Virus record (IMG/VR): IMGVR_UViG_3300025012_000043
Coordinates: 48,590 to 112,589 of that record
From: a virus
Reading direction: 5' to 3' (one strand)
DNA length: 64,000 nucleotides
The notes beneath the pieces are model-generated. The model did not search any database, had not been told where the DNA came from, and saw only the letters and a list, made by a program, of their open reading frames with translations. Positions 50,934 through 62,254 of this stretch are shown here, piece by piece; position 1 is the first letter of the stretch, and every line of letters starts with the position of its first letter. Made by a program: the position numbers and the translations under genes.

Positions 50934-51733
50934 ATTGTTCCTCTGATCTGAAGTATTGCGATTTAATATCAACCCAACATACCTTACAAATGGCACATCT
51001 TTCCCCTCCTTGTAAATGTGAAACCCTACATATCATACCAGTCCTATAGGGACATTCCACAGTCCCTGGTTCTGGCTTATCTGTGATTACTTTAATGGTC
51101 CCAAAAAATATTGCGATTTCTCCAGCTTGCAATTGTTTCCCACATGCTGCGCAATGACCACAGATCTTGGAAGTTGGCATATATTACTCCCCCAATTTAG
51201 TAGATTCCTTGTTCTTGCCATTGGCCTTTTTGAAGATTGTCAAATCTTCTACCTGGGCGTTAAACTCAGCTGTTTCCTTTTTGAGAAGCTCAATCACTTC
51301 ATCAATCTCCTTGGAAATATGGGTGTATTTCTCATCAGATTTGATCTCATCCGCGAAATGTTCATGATAAATAGATTTAGCAGCATTCAGACACTCAGCG
51401 GCCTTAGAAAGCAGACCAGCCTTCTCGAACACGTCCTTTATTGTGATTTTATTAGTATCTGCGATCGTCATACGGCAGTCCCCTCCTTAGGATTTGGGTT
51501 AATAGCTGGTGGGAGTTCACGAATGATTGTCTGAAGATAATCCGGTACCTTGGCCAATTCTTTCTTGGTCATTACATCAAAGGTCACGTCTAAATGCATA
51601 ATTTCTTCAAAAATGTGGTATGCTATTTGGTCATTAAATGATACATAATTGCGATTTAATCTGGTCCATTTAAACATATTAGACATCTCTAACCACTCTT
51701 CATATGACAATATTATTGTGATTTTCCCATCTT

Positions 51734-52015
51734 TCATGCCGGTTTGCATTTGTGCTCCTTTTCTTCATCGATCTCAAGTAGTTTATTAGTAATTATATAA
51801 CACACATCATCAATGGTAGCCATATTTATACCATGTATCACCCGCAAATGTTCACGAATACGTGAACCTTCTATAGCATATTCTGATCCCTCATGATCAT
51901 TACTATGTGGGAGACTATGTGGTATGAAATCCCCACACAAACGACACTCCCATCCTTCTTCATCATTGTTATCTTCACATAGCTCGGCAATAATCACATC
52001 CACATTATGCTCCAT
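51734..52015 (-). CDS. Small C2H2-type Zn-finger protein
   Basis: WECRLC...EHLRVIHGI. Confidence 0.55.
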   Translation of the reverse strand: MEHNVDVIIAELCEDNNDEEGWECRLCGDFIPHSLPHSNDHEGSEYAIEGSRIREHLRVIHGINMATIDDVCYIITNKLLEIDEEKEHKCKPA

Positions 52016-52584
52016 CGATACTCCTTATATGCCAATTAATATAAACCAATATTTCACGTGCTGTTTTCTCTCTAGTAATCGCATTTCCTTTGTACGATAG
52101 CTCAACTTGATATAGGTACTCTTTTCTTTTCATTATGGTAACTCACTGGCAGATGGTACAGCACATTTACATGGTACATGTGGCTGACCACATCCACAAG
52201 TATTTGCGGCTTGTTCCGCCTCTTCCTCTTCCTTCATCATTTCTGCCACTTCCTCATTAGTGGCAACATTTTTATTTAATTCCTCCGTCCAATCATACCT
52301 ATGGAAATCCTCAACAGTATTCATATTAACATTTTCGTGCTCAGTGTGTATTTTTTCTAGCGATTTCACAACTTTTTCATCAATATCAATCATAATCGGT
52401 ATCATCTTCTTATATACCAAGCGTTCATTCTCTTGTAATTCAGTTTCCAGGGTCTCCATATGTTCCCTGGCCATACGGACAAACTTACGCATTAATTTCC
52501 ATTCAGCAGTAGTAAATTTTACATCTATTTCTGGTAGTGGAAATGGTGCTAATGATTCAACAATAACCTGTTCAAGCATGGCTT

Positions 52585-52869
52585 TCATTTTACCTCCAGT
52601 ATTTTTTTGAGAGCCTCATAAAGAGACATTGTTGGTTTACCCATAGATTCGTTTATTTCCCACCCACTTTTATAATCACTTTGCTGCAATGTTTTGGTCT
52701 TAATATGATGAGCATCTCGTAAATGTAAGAATATCTGTTCATCAGTATATTTAAAATCCTTATCGTCACATCCCCGATTCTTCCATCCATTACATAGACA
52801 ACACGCCCACGTACCATCTGGTTCTCTACTAGCTACTTTTTCTATATTAGTACCATCATATTTACTCAT
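52585..52869 (-). CDS. Small C2H2-type Zn-finger protein
   Basis: WACCLC...LHLRDAHHI. Confidence 0.55.
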   Translation of the reverse strand: MSKYDGTNIEKVASREPDGTWACCLCNGWKNRGCDDKDFKYTDEQIFLHLRDAHHIKTKTLQQSDYKSGWEINESMGKPTMSLYEALKKILEVK

Positions 52870-53152
52870 TTCCTATCATACCAGATGGAGGAATTTTTGG
52901 TGTTATTATTGATGGTGATGTTGCCAAATCAGCCTCAATAGTCACAGGCTCATTTATCGTCACCCAATCAGTACCAACCATATCAGCCTCCGAAACGATA
53001 AGCCTTGGTATGCTACCATCCTCCTCATGGATTTTTAACAATCCTTCATGAAGGAAGATATAAATTTCCTGATTATCCCATTCTAACTTAGTAACTTTGT
53101 TGCCCTCAATAATCTCTCTAATCGCAGACGGAAAATTCATTATTCTTTGCAT
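52862..53152 (-). CDS. DUF2829/Tad2-like protein (candidate anti-defence sponge)
   Basis: MNF..AI..I.EG.KV...W.....YIFL...S..DM...DW. Confidence 0.7.
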   Translation of the reverse strand: MQRIMNFPSAIREIIEGNKVTKLEWDNQEIYIFLHEGLLKIHEEDGSIPRLIVSEADMVGTDWVTINEPVTIEADLATSPSIITPKIPPSGMIGNE

Positions 53153-53166
53153 CTTATCCCTCCCAT

Positions 53167-56100
53167 TCAGCTTTGAACTATTTGCTCTACTTCAACATGA
53201 ATGATTTTTACTATATGCACCAATCTAAGTAATGTTCCTTGATTTTCCTTATCATCTTTCCATTTCTTTTGTGTAATACGAAAGCACCGCATACCAATAT
53301 CTTCATTTAGAAAACAAGGAAATCCATATTTATCCCATCCTCTACAACCGGCTTCGTACACTTCTTTTGGTTGATTATCATAATTTACGGTCGTCCATTT
53401 CTTTGAATAATGGCTACTAGGATCTAACGTCCTCCATTGGAGTTGATAGAAATCTTGGTCAATAGTATCTTTCTCTATTCTATTGACTTTAAACTTTACC
53501 ATCCTTATTCCTCCCATTCATGTATTATTTCAGTGTCTATATGGTGAGTATCTACCAGCCCTTCTGGGTAAAGACTAATAGGTATGTTACTACATAACGC
53601 TCTTTCAAGAAAGTTATCAATGGAATCACCTATCGTGTGCCCAACAACACCACCCACAACTATACTAATAGTAACTTTCACTACTGCCTTAGTAGTAGAC
53701 ATTAAGCTACCTTTTTCAATACTTTCATTGTACGAGTAACACGATGTCCGACCCAACTCTTTGGTAAGAAACACACAAAACATCGAGCGCGAGCGTATTT
53801 TCCTAATTTATAGACTACAGTGGTTGGGGTCCAATATAAACCGTATGTACACTCACAAACACGTAGTACACCCTTTCTACTTAATTTGTATGTTACAACA
53901 TATTCATCCCAATTTTTAGGAATCCTGGCTCCAGTGCCCCTAAATATTTCATCTATGCCAACTCCAGAACCAGCACGGTTACCCCTTTTCCGCACTGAAT
54001 GAAAAGAGAACCGTTATCATATTGTTTAACTATCTGACTTACTACCTTAATTCTTGGTGTCATTTTCTTCCTCCTCCTCTGATCCATCAAGTTTATAGAA
54101 ACACCTGGGACAACAATTTCCAAACAGTTCTTTCTTTACTTCTTCCCAATCTTTCCAAGTCTTGGTAGCTTCTCCAGATTCAATCTCTTTTACCATCTCC
54201 TCTAATTCAAGCATCTCCTTGGTTTTAATTGGTTTAGTAATCCTGATACGAATACCAATACCCAATAATATTAATTCAAGTTCCCACGCACCCAACATAA
54301 TATCATTTTCATATGCAAATTGGATGAGAGCCAAATTCCAATTAGTCCAATTATACTTACCAAAAAGCTGCGCCCATTCATTAATAAAATTAGCATAAAC
54401 TTTCATTTATATCTCCTATATTTCTCCTTTATTTTACGAACCGCAGTACACTGGGAATATTTCTTGTCCCAATCTGATGGGTCACCATCATGGCGTGGGT
54501 CTAGACCAATGAACGGTTCTAATTCTTTCCACATATTTTTTTAGTATTATTTATTAGCACTCTTTTAAAATCAGTGATTAATTTATCAATACCTGCGAAC
54601 TCTTCAAATGACATATCTACTGCGGCTCTTAATTCCTTCTCCTCCTTTAACATATTCCTCCTCATTGGTATTATTTCCTGCCGCAAAATAGGGTCAAAAA
54701 ACTTCCCCTTATTTTCATCTATTAACCTTATAATGCGTTCCTTTAATTTGTGATTATATTTTCTTATATTTTTTATATTATAACGTATTTCTTTTAATCT
54801 AGCTTCTTTGGTAAACATAAATGGAAACCTTATTCTATCCATTTCCTCGTACTCTTTTATGGTCGGATGAATTATTTTATATGTCGTCAATTATACCTTC
54901 CTCCTCTTCATCCTTCAACTCTTCTTCCATTAATGCCCTAACAGCATCCTTAAAGCATTTATTCATATCAACCATATGTTGCGATATACCAATCGATCTT
55001 TCTCCCCATTCAACATTATCAGATAACGTTTTATGAAATAAGAAGGCCCTAGCTATATTATCTATCTCCTTTTTAGATAAAATACATTCCTTAATGTTGG
55101 TATTTACCATTGATCCAAGTGTAACAATATTCATAGCTGACTGTCTTTGACGCTTCAATTTCTCTACTGCGGCACCCAAAGGTTCCTTTTGGTCTGGTTT
55201 AAACTGTATATAACTATCAATCCCACCAACTAAAGCAGCAAGCTCATCAAATGGTAAAATAGCCTCATTAAGTTTCTCCTTCACCCCTCTCATCAATGTC
55301 CAATCCATACTTATTTGCCCTCCCTTTAAGTCTGTGAATGATTCGGTTGATTGTGTGATAATTTGACGTACCTTCCTGCATATTAAGTTTATATAACAAG
55401 ACAGCCCTAATTATCAAACGAAATTGTTCCTCATATAATAAATAATCTCCAGAAACTAGGACTGCTGTATTATCGATTTCTATTATTTCTTTTGGTCTAA
55501 ACTGTTTATATATCCGCAATGCATCATTAATTAATACCTTTTCAGTGGACATCATTAAAGGCATTACTATTATTTGTTTATTTAAAAATAACGACTTTAA
55601 ATCGCCAACGATCATTAGTCCACCGATAGGTAAACTTTGTTACCCTTAATATGTGTTATTAAGCCAAAACACTCATGAAATACTTCATTAAATGAAGGAC
55701 CATTAATATAATCACTCCCACACTTACATAGGCTACATATGTGATTATGTTTATTCCTGGCTCTAAATGATTTCTCACATTTTAGACAGCGCCTAGTCAG
55801 CTTTTTACTCATCAAACTCCTCCTTGTCATCAAATATGGGAAGTTTATACTTATTGCTTCCATTATAATTTATATCAGATGATAATATGTCATATTGCTC
55901 ATCTATGAAATGATCAATATTATCTTTGAGTTCCATCATCATATGAATATTAACCAAATCTTTATATTTATCTGGGATAAACCTTCTCACTATATATAGG
56001 GCAATTATCGATTTATACGCTAATTGATCCAAACTATCAGCGGCATGTTTATACTTTCCTATATCATCTTCTAATGTGCATATTTCATCACTTTTGTCTT

Positions 56101-56344
56101 TAATTTCATCTTTATATTCATCAATCTCAGTTTTAAAATCTCTAACTTCTTCTTCAAGATTATCTACTTGTCCCTCTAAATTTTGCCCCTCATCAACCAA
56201 TTGTTCATTCCTGTCTTTTAATTCTTTAATCTCCTGGTTTTTATCACATACTTCATTAATTAACTGATCAATTTTATCCTCTAAAGCATCAATATCCATC
56301 AAGCCAAATCCAAAAAATAATTGTCTAAAGACAGGTTTTGACAT
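53167..56344 (-). other. Run of small hypothetical ORFs ending in a coiled-coil protein (55805-56344)
   Basis: Packed minus-strand ORFs; heptad-rich acidic segment in the last one. Confidence 0.5.
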
Positions 56345-56464
56345 TTTCCCACCTAGATCTCCTTCATAGATATTTATGACATATATTGGGGATAAATAAC
56401 TCATAGGCTAGGGTGCCTATGTTGCCCGATACTGGTGCCGCATTGCGCGGTTGTAGTTGTGGGC

Positions 56465-56498
56465 TGGCCGGGTATTTATCCGCCCCCGGCCAAGGCGG
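56465..56498 (-). ncRNA. H-type RNA pseudoknot in a GC-rich intergenic element
   Basis: CCGCC-U-UGGCCGGG-GGCGG-AUAAAUA-CCCGGCCA: S1 5 bp, L1 1-2 nt, S2 7-8 bp, L2 0, A-rich L3 7 nt. Confidence 0.65.
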
Positions 56499-56504
56499 TG
56501 ATAC

Positions 56505-56861
56505 TTACGCTACCGATTTGAACCCAAGCGCATCCAGGACCTTCTCTTCACTGATGTCATTAAGCTCGACTGGAAGATTGAGCTCCCACTTGGCAAGCTC
56601 TTGCTTGGTCTTCCGTGTCACACTGAGTTGCGCGGTCAGGTTTTCGGTGTTCACGGAAAAGTAAATCGGAACTTTCCGTGTCGGATCTTGGGAGTGACTG
56701 ACCAGCATCCACACCCATTTCCCATTTTTCTCCTTGGGCTCATGAAACTGACCAAGCTTAGCGGGACCAACATGCAAAAGCTTCATCACCCGTACCAACA
56801 TCCGCTTGGCCGTCGCAAACTTGAGGTCTTTCTGCTGCACTCTGGTCACTGTCGCTTGCAT
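56505..56861 (-). CDS. Hypothetical protein with higher GC, flanked by structured RNA
   Basis: AAGGAG SD, ATG 56861; GC-ending codons unlike its neighbours. Confidence 0.65.
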   Translation of the reverse strand: MQATVTRVQQKDLKFATAKRMLVRVMKLLHVGPAKLGQFHEPKEKNGKWVWMLVSHSQDPTRKVPIYFSVNTENLTAQLSVTRKTKQELAKWELNLPVELNDISEEKVLDALGFKSVA

Positions 56862-57893
56862 AATAAGCTCTCCTTTTGCGGGATAACCCGCCTGTGTGTG
56901 TGCGTCGCACAATCACCCTTATTTCTTTCTAAAGATCTCAGCAGTTAGCTTGTCTATGACAAGCCGCAATACAAATAGCACTTCCATATATTCACGGTCT
57001 CTTTCAAAAACAATACATTTACTACAGCCCTTACACAATATTTACACCCCCAATTCATATTTGCTCATTATTACTTTGCCCCTTTCTACCAGGACGAGCA
57101 GCCTGGTGAGTTAACCTCGCATCTCCAAGCATTTCGTATATATTACAGATAGTATTTAACAATAGCTTCTGGCCAAATATTAACTTAAATTCATATACAA
57201 ATAAATACGCGGCTCCAATATCAGAATGTGTCGCAATTAAGTATTGATAATGATCACATTTCTCCTGTGCCATATACTTCTTCAACAATCTTAATGGATT
57301 TGTCTATTAAATCACGAAATTTGTCTTTCATAGATATGGGTACACTTATCTTAAACCTAACCCCTGATCTATGATCACACAACACTAAACAAGTGGTATT
57401 TGTATATTCGATATTTATCCTATATTTACTAAGCTGGGTATCATCCATTTTGGCTTTTTGTCCTCCGCTGGGCTTTGTCCCACACTTCCCTGTTAATAGA
57501 TGTAATAATTTTCCTGTTATGTTGTTCATATATTTCAAATAAATCCTGCTTTGGTATGTGAGTACCCAAACATTTAAATAAACCATCTATTTGATCTTGT
57601 TGTGTTATTCCACTACACAGATTGCCACATAATACACATTTAATATATAGTGTATCATTTTTAAATACCATGATGCCAATTGTCACAATTATATACTTCT
57701 TCTGCATGTGGGTGGCTAATGTTAACATCATGCCTCCAATAAATTTTGAGGGCAATGGGTATAGTATACCCATTGCCCTCACTACCAATCTACCAATAGT
57801 GAAAGAGCTTGGTTAACCCACGCAATTAACCTAAGATTTTTAACCTTAAATCATAATCATAATCTATAAGACTTAACTAGCACCTATATAGAG

Positions 57894-57916
57894 CCCATGT
57901 ATTAATTGTACATGGG
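57894..57916. terminator. Hairpin in AT-rich intergenic region
   Basis: cccatgta-ttaattg-tacatggg. Confidence 0.4.
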
Positions 57917-58651
57917 GTATTTGTTCTTTAATTGTTGTTAACTTTTATGTCCCATATATGCACCTCACTTTACTCCTGGATCACCTCCGTACGAATACCA
58001 CATAATGCTACCACCAATGCTAATTCATCCGGTTGGCATTTGCGTAAATAATCTTCCACTCTCCTGCGAATTTTCTTTCTGTTCTCGTCGGTGGTATTCT
58101 CTACCTCCTTCATAGTTTTATCGATCCCATCGATCCCACGAACAACCTTTATAGCATGACTACGTTCTAATTGTGTTAAATTCATACTAGCTAATTCCAT
58201 AAGTTCCCTCCAATTAAAATAATCACGATTTAAATATAAATCTCATGATCCAATATATTTAAGTAAAGCTCTCCCAAATAAATACATAAAATACAACGAT
58301 CCAACAAAAACCATTAATTGGATCAAAACAACAAATGCCATTGCTAGTACTTCTCCCCAATCATTCTTCATTTTTGCCCTCTTTGATATCATTTCTTGGA
58401 AATTTGCTCTAGACATGGAAATACACGTTTAAACCGGGGAATATACACCCTGGTATTGTTGATCTAAATCAATATTTCCACTAAAGGAGCTACCTTCCAT
58501 TACGCCTCCTTGGTGTGCCCATAGCATTTATACTATAGGCCGATAAAACTACTTATCCACATTACAGTATACTTAAAATATTACTCGTACAGAGCACTAT
58601 TTGAGCTTAAATGCTCAATAAGTGATGTTCTACTACACACATTATATTAGA

Positions 58652-59158
58652 TTATTTCCAAAATTGTAACCCAAGTGGATCACCATATCGTTGCCGTAAT
58701 TCTTGGCCCCGCACTCTCCACTCAAACATGTCGGCTTCATATTTTTCTCTCTGACCAGTCAATATATTAAAATCCCTAAACATTCTTGAATTGTCTGGTC
58801 TTGTTGGCTTACTAGACATATAATTTACACGATCAACAACATAATCTCCATCCACCTGCATAGAAGTGGATGGGGTTGGCGCAACAGCATTAAAGTTTGG
58901 GCCAATAACCCTTTGATTTGATATGGCCGGTACCGGCCTATATCCATCAATCACCGATATATTGATATGTTGTCTCACTTCAACCTTAATATTATGGGGT
59001 ACATTAGCTGGCACACTATCACCATAATATGGTACCCCAGTATTTGGATCCTTAAAAGTTATATAGGTACCACCAAAACTAAAATGAATCCATGCAACAC
59101 ATACGAATACAACACATGTGAGTATGACAAATAATACAAACCAGAGAAATTTATTCAT
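58652..59158 (-). CDS. Membrane-anchored DUF4124-like protein
   Basis: N-terminal TM helix, then FKDPNTGVPYYGDSVP. Confidence 0.55.
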   Translation of the reverse strand: MNKFLWFVLFVILTCVVFVCVAWIHFSFGGTYITFKDPNTGVPYYGDSVPANVPHNIKVEVRQHINISVIDGYRPVPAISNQRVIGPNFNAVAPTPSTSMQVDGDYVVDRVNYMSSKPTRPDNSRMFRDFNILTGQREKYEADMFEWRVRGQELRQRYGDPLGLQFWK

Positions 59159-59166
59159 GTTACCCC

Positions 59167-60858
59167 CTATACTAATTTTACCATACGATCAAAACAAGTA
59201 CCTTCTTCCCATGAAGGAGGGAATAAACATATACCAAAATTAGACACATCGCCCGATTCAACATTTATAATATCCTTCCAACTATCCCCATAATTCCTTA
59301 TGGCATATTCTCCTTCAGGATTTAATTTATATGTTACAATATAACTTCGATTAGGTACCTTCCAAAAACTACGCATACATCTAACCCCTGGGCAAGCTCC
59401 CATTCTTTTGTACTCCGTTCTTAAATGCGAATGTATGTTCCGACTTCTTTTGCCCAAATCTATCCACTCTCTTTATAAGATAACTAACTTGTTGAATCCT
59501 TCTCGGCATCATTTCTCCCTATTGATTGTATTTTAATTTCCTCGACATTACACCAATCCAATGGACGCTCGTCCCAAATAAAACTACAATTTATACATTC
59601 CCTATTAATTGCTTCTTCATATTTAACACGCACAAATACATCATTAACTTGTCCACCACATTTAGGACAAGCACCAGCCGAATAAGGTCTCATTTTCCCT
59701 TCTTAAGTGCTTCCTTTGCATGGACAAGTTGAATTGTTAACATAATAGTAATAACACTACTGATTGTATGATTTGACAACTTACTGACTTTATTCAAAAA
59801 TTTTTGAGTATCTTTGTCTATAGTAAAGTCTACAACAGAAGTTGGCTTATTTGGATCGATAAGCCCAAGTTGTGGGTCACTGATATCGCGCTTAATTCTC
59901 GCCATTAGTCTCTCCTTCATTATAATTATATTTTGTTATACTAACTATGGTAGACTTAGCAACATTAAAATCAATGCCTTCGGTTATTGAATCACCTTCA
60001 ATAACCACAAATCCCGCATTTTCTAATTTTGTTGTATCAATTTTGGCTTCTCTGCGTACCCATACCAAATGTTTAGTTATTTTCTCTTCCACTATCCTCT
60101 CTTCATCTACACCACTAATCATTCGACACAATTCTTTAATCTTACTAAACATTAATGTGCCGTCGCTTCACATGAACATTTGCCACATGAACATCTATCC
60201 CATCTGGCCGCTTCTTCATCAGATAATTGAAGTTTAACGACTCCGCAATGATGACGATTGCACCATACGATAGCCTCACCCGAATCTGTAACCCCGACAC
60301 TTAATTTACTATATTCGGCTGGAGATTGTTCTGCCGGAAGCTCGGCCAAACATTTGTCACAATGTAACCATAATCGTGGATCACTGGTCACTTTATTTCT
60401 TGGCATTACTCCTCCTCTTATTTAAGTCGTTCTAATGTCTTTATTGAATTACACCATACCACACCATGTGCCCCTTCATTAGACACAAAGTCCCAATTAA
60501 CTTTCTCACCACCAAACCACCTATGAATTGTATGCCATACTTTGTCATACATAGAGTTAGTTAATTGTCCTCTGTCAGCTATTCTAACTACTTTAAACGC
60601 TTTATGTGGCATCACATTTGTGGCAACACACTTGAAAATTGCTAAATTGATGTCGTGACACCAGGTATCATGCCAAAATTCTGCAAAATCCCTGCGTCCA
60701 AATGCAAATAATTTAGTGCCTTTCTTCTTTGGCTTATTAACTTTATTTAATTTGTATTCTACCCGATAATCACTTGGCGCAAAACATGATACCAATTTAT
60801 TTCCTTGGACCTTAACTACTTTGTATACTATTTTTTCATTTGGACCAAGTGTTATCAT
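59167..60858 (-). other. Run of small hypothetical ORFs, several with Zn ribbons
   Basis: CPKC...CINC (59484), HCDKC...CNRH (60152); 59167 is paralogous to 53702. Confidence 0.5.
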
Positions 60859-61199
60859 TTTGTATATTTTCCATTCTGAATTTTATTTAATTCAATACCC
60901 AGTAATTTGGACGCACTGGCGTAATCACTATTAGCCACTTGTACTCTATTATACCACCCAGAAATATGTACCAAATGACCAGACCCTTCTTTCCAATAAA
61001 TCCCATCGGAACTTGTTTCGTTGGCAATTGATACATTTGTCAATTTCCATGCAGCAATCGGAGAACCATCCATCCCATATTGTACAACAATCCAATCCGC
61101 CCCCGCAGCATCGGCCCAGATAGATGAACATCCACGTCCCATTCCCGCGCACCCAGACAACAATATTAAGCACAACAATAAATACCAATATTTTCTCAT
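60855..61199 (-). CDS. Putative lipoprotein
   Basis: MRKYWYLLLCLILLSGC lipobox. Confidence 0.65.
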   Translation of the reverse strand: MRKYWYLLLCLILLSGCAGMGRGCSSIWADAAGADWIVVQYGMDGSPIAAWKLTNVSIANETSSDGIYWKEGSGHLVHISGWYNRVQVANSDYASASKLLGIELNKIQNGKYTK

Positions 61200-61515
61200 T
61201 ACTCCTCCATACCTGGGATTATTTGTGATGGCTTGTCTGGCCTAGTGGCACAAAACTCACATGTTATATCCTTACATTTCTTTTCGGTCCAAATATCACA
61301 TGTCGCGCAATAATATGCATCATATTTATCTGAATAATTCATAGTGTCATGTTCACATACAGAGGTACTAGCTAATGGAGATATTGAAGGCCAAGGTGAT
61401 CTACTCGGACCATTTGTAAGTGTTATTACTTTAAATGTCCTTTGTACACCGTCAGCAAGTTGTTGGTCTACTATTAATGTATGCATCTGACTATCTCCTT
61501 AGTAATGTCCTACTA

Positions 61516-62136
61516 TTATTTGGTATCCCAAGAAGCCCTATCTACCCTACCGCTCGTGCGATAAGACTGTGCACAAGCACTTATGCCACGATAGGCACTC
61601 CGAATGCCTTTTGCCGAATCGACAAACGGTATCGCATTTGCTGTTGGGATATTGAGATTTGATGCGCCAGCAAATGCATCCTGATTAGCACCAAGGAACA
61701 CAAAGTCCCACCTGTATGCTTCCTGTTGAAGCTTAATCTTTTCACGGATCTGATCAAGCGTGTATTCTCTGGATGAATTCTCCTCTCCATCCGTGATAAT
61801 TAAGAACAAAATCTTCCCAGGCCGGTCGGCTTCATTGGTATTGTGAAGTCGAAGCCCCACTTCATCCACGGTCTTGCCCACGGCATCCAGAAGAGCGGTC
61901 ATTCCACCAACCATATAAGTCTTGGCATCAAGTGGGGGGACCTCGATCAACGGTTTTCCGTTATGAACGATGTGATACGCAGTATCAAACAAAGTCAAAG
62001 TAAGCGTCGCATCACCAGGAACATTCTTCTGATCTTTTAAAAATTGGTTGAACCCTCCAATCACATCCTTGGTGCGCCGTTGCATTGATCCGGATTTGTC
62101 CACCACACAAACGATCTCAGTCAAATGATCTTTCAT
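61516..62136 (-). CDS. VWA-domain protein
   Basis: MIDAS DKSGSM, TALLDAVG, IITDGEENSS, FLGANQD; start ATG 62136. Confidence 0.9.
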   Translation of the reverse strand: MKDHLTEIVCVVDKSGSMQRRTKDVIGGFNQFLKDQKNVPGDATLTLTLFDTAYHIVHNGKPLIEVPPLDAKTYMVGGMTALLDAVGKTVDEVGLRLHNTNEADRPGKILFLIITDGEENSSREYTLDQIREKIKLQQEAYRWDFVFLGANQDAFAGASNLNIPTANAIPFVDSAKGIRSAYRGISACAQSYRTSGRVDRASWDTK

Positions 62137-62169
62137 TTCTTTACCCTCCTTAGGATAATTATTTGAAGT

Positions 62170-62248
62170 TGGTGCCCCCAGGTGGATTTGAACCAACCAA
62201 CCTCTCGCTTATAAGGCGAGTGCTCTTGACCAGTTGAGCTATGGGAGC
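62170..62248 (-). tRNA. tRNA-Ile(UAU)
   Basis: Acceptor GCTCCCA/TGGGGGC-A-CCA, D arm GCTC/GAGC, anticodon arm CTCGC-CTTATAA-GCGAG, T loop TTCAAAT (one bulge or mismatch in the T stem). Confidence 0.9.
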
Positions 62249-62254
62249 GGAAAA

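Noticed and set aside
56402-56504. HDV-like or hammerhead ribozyme
   Set aside because: Only 12 nt lie between the candidate P1 strands, too few for P2/P3, and there is no CUGAnGA/GAAA core.
56494-56530. Lambda-operator-like TATCACCGCC and tRNA-like GGGTTCAAATC
   Set aside because: There is no second operator half-site at the right spacing and no T stem or cloverleaf; the pseudoknot and coding sequence explain both.
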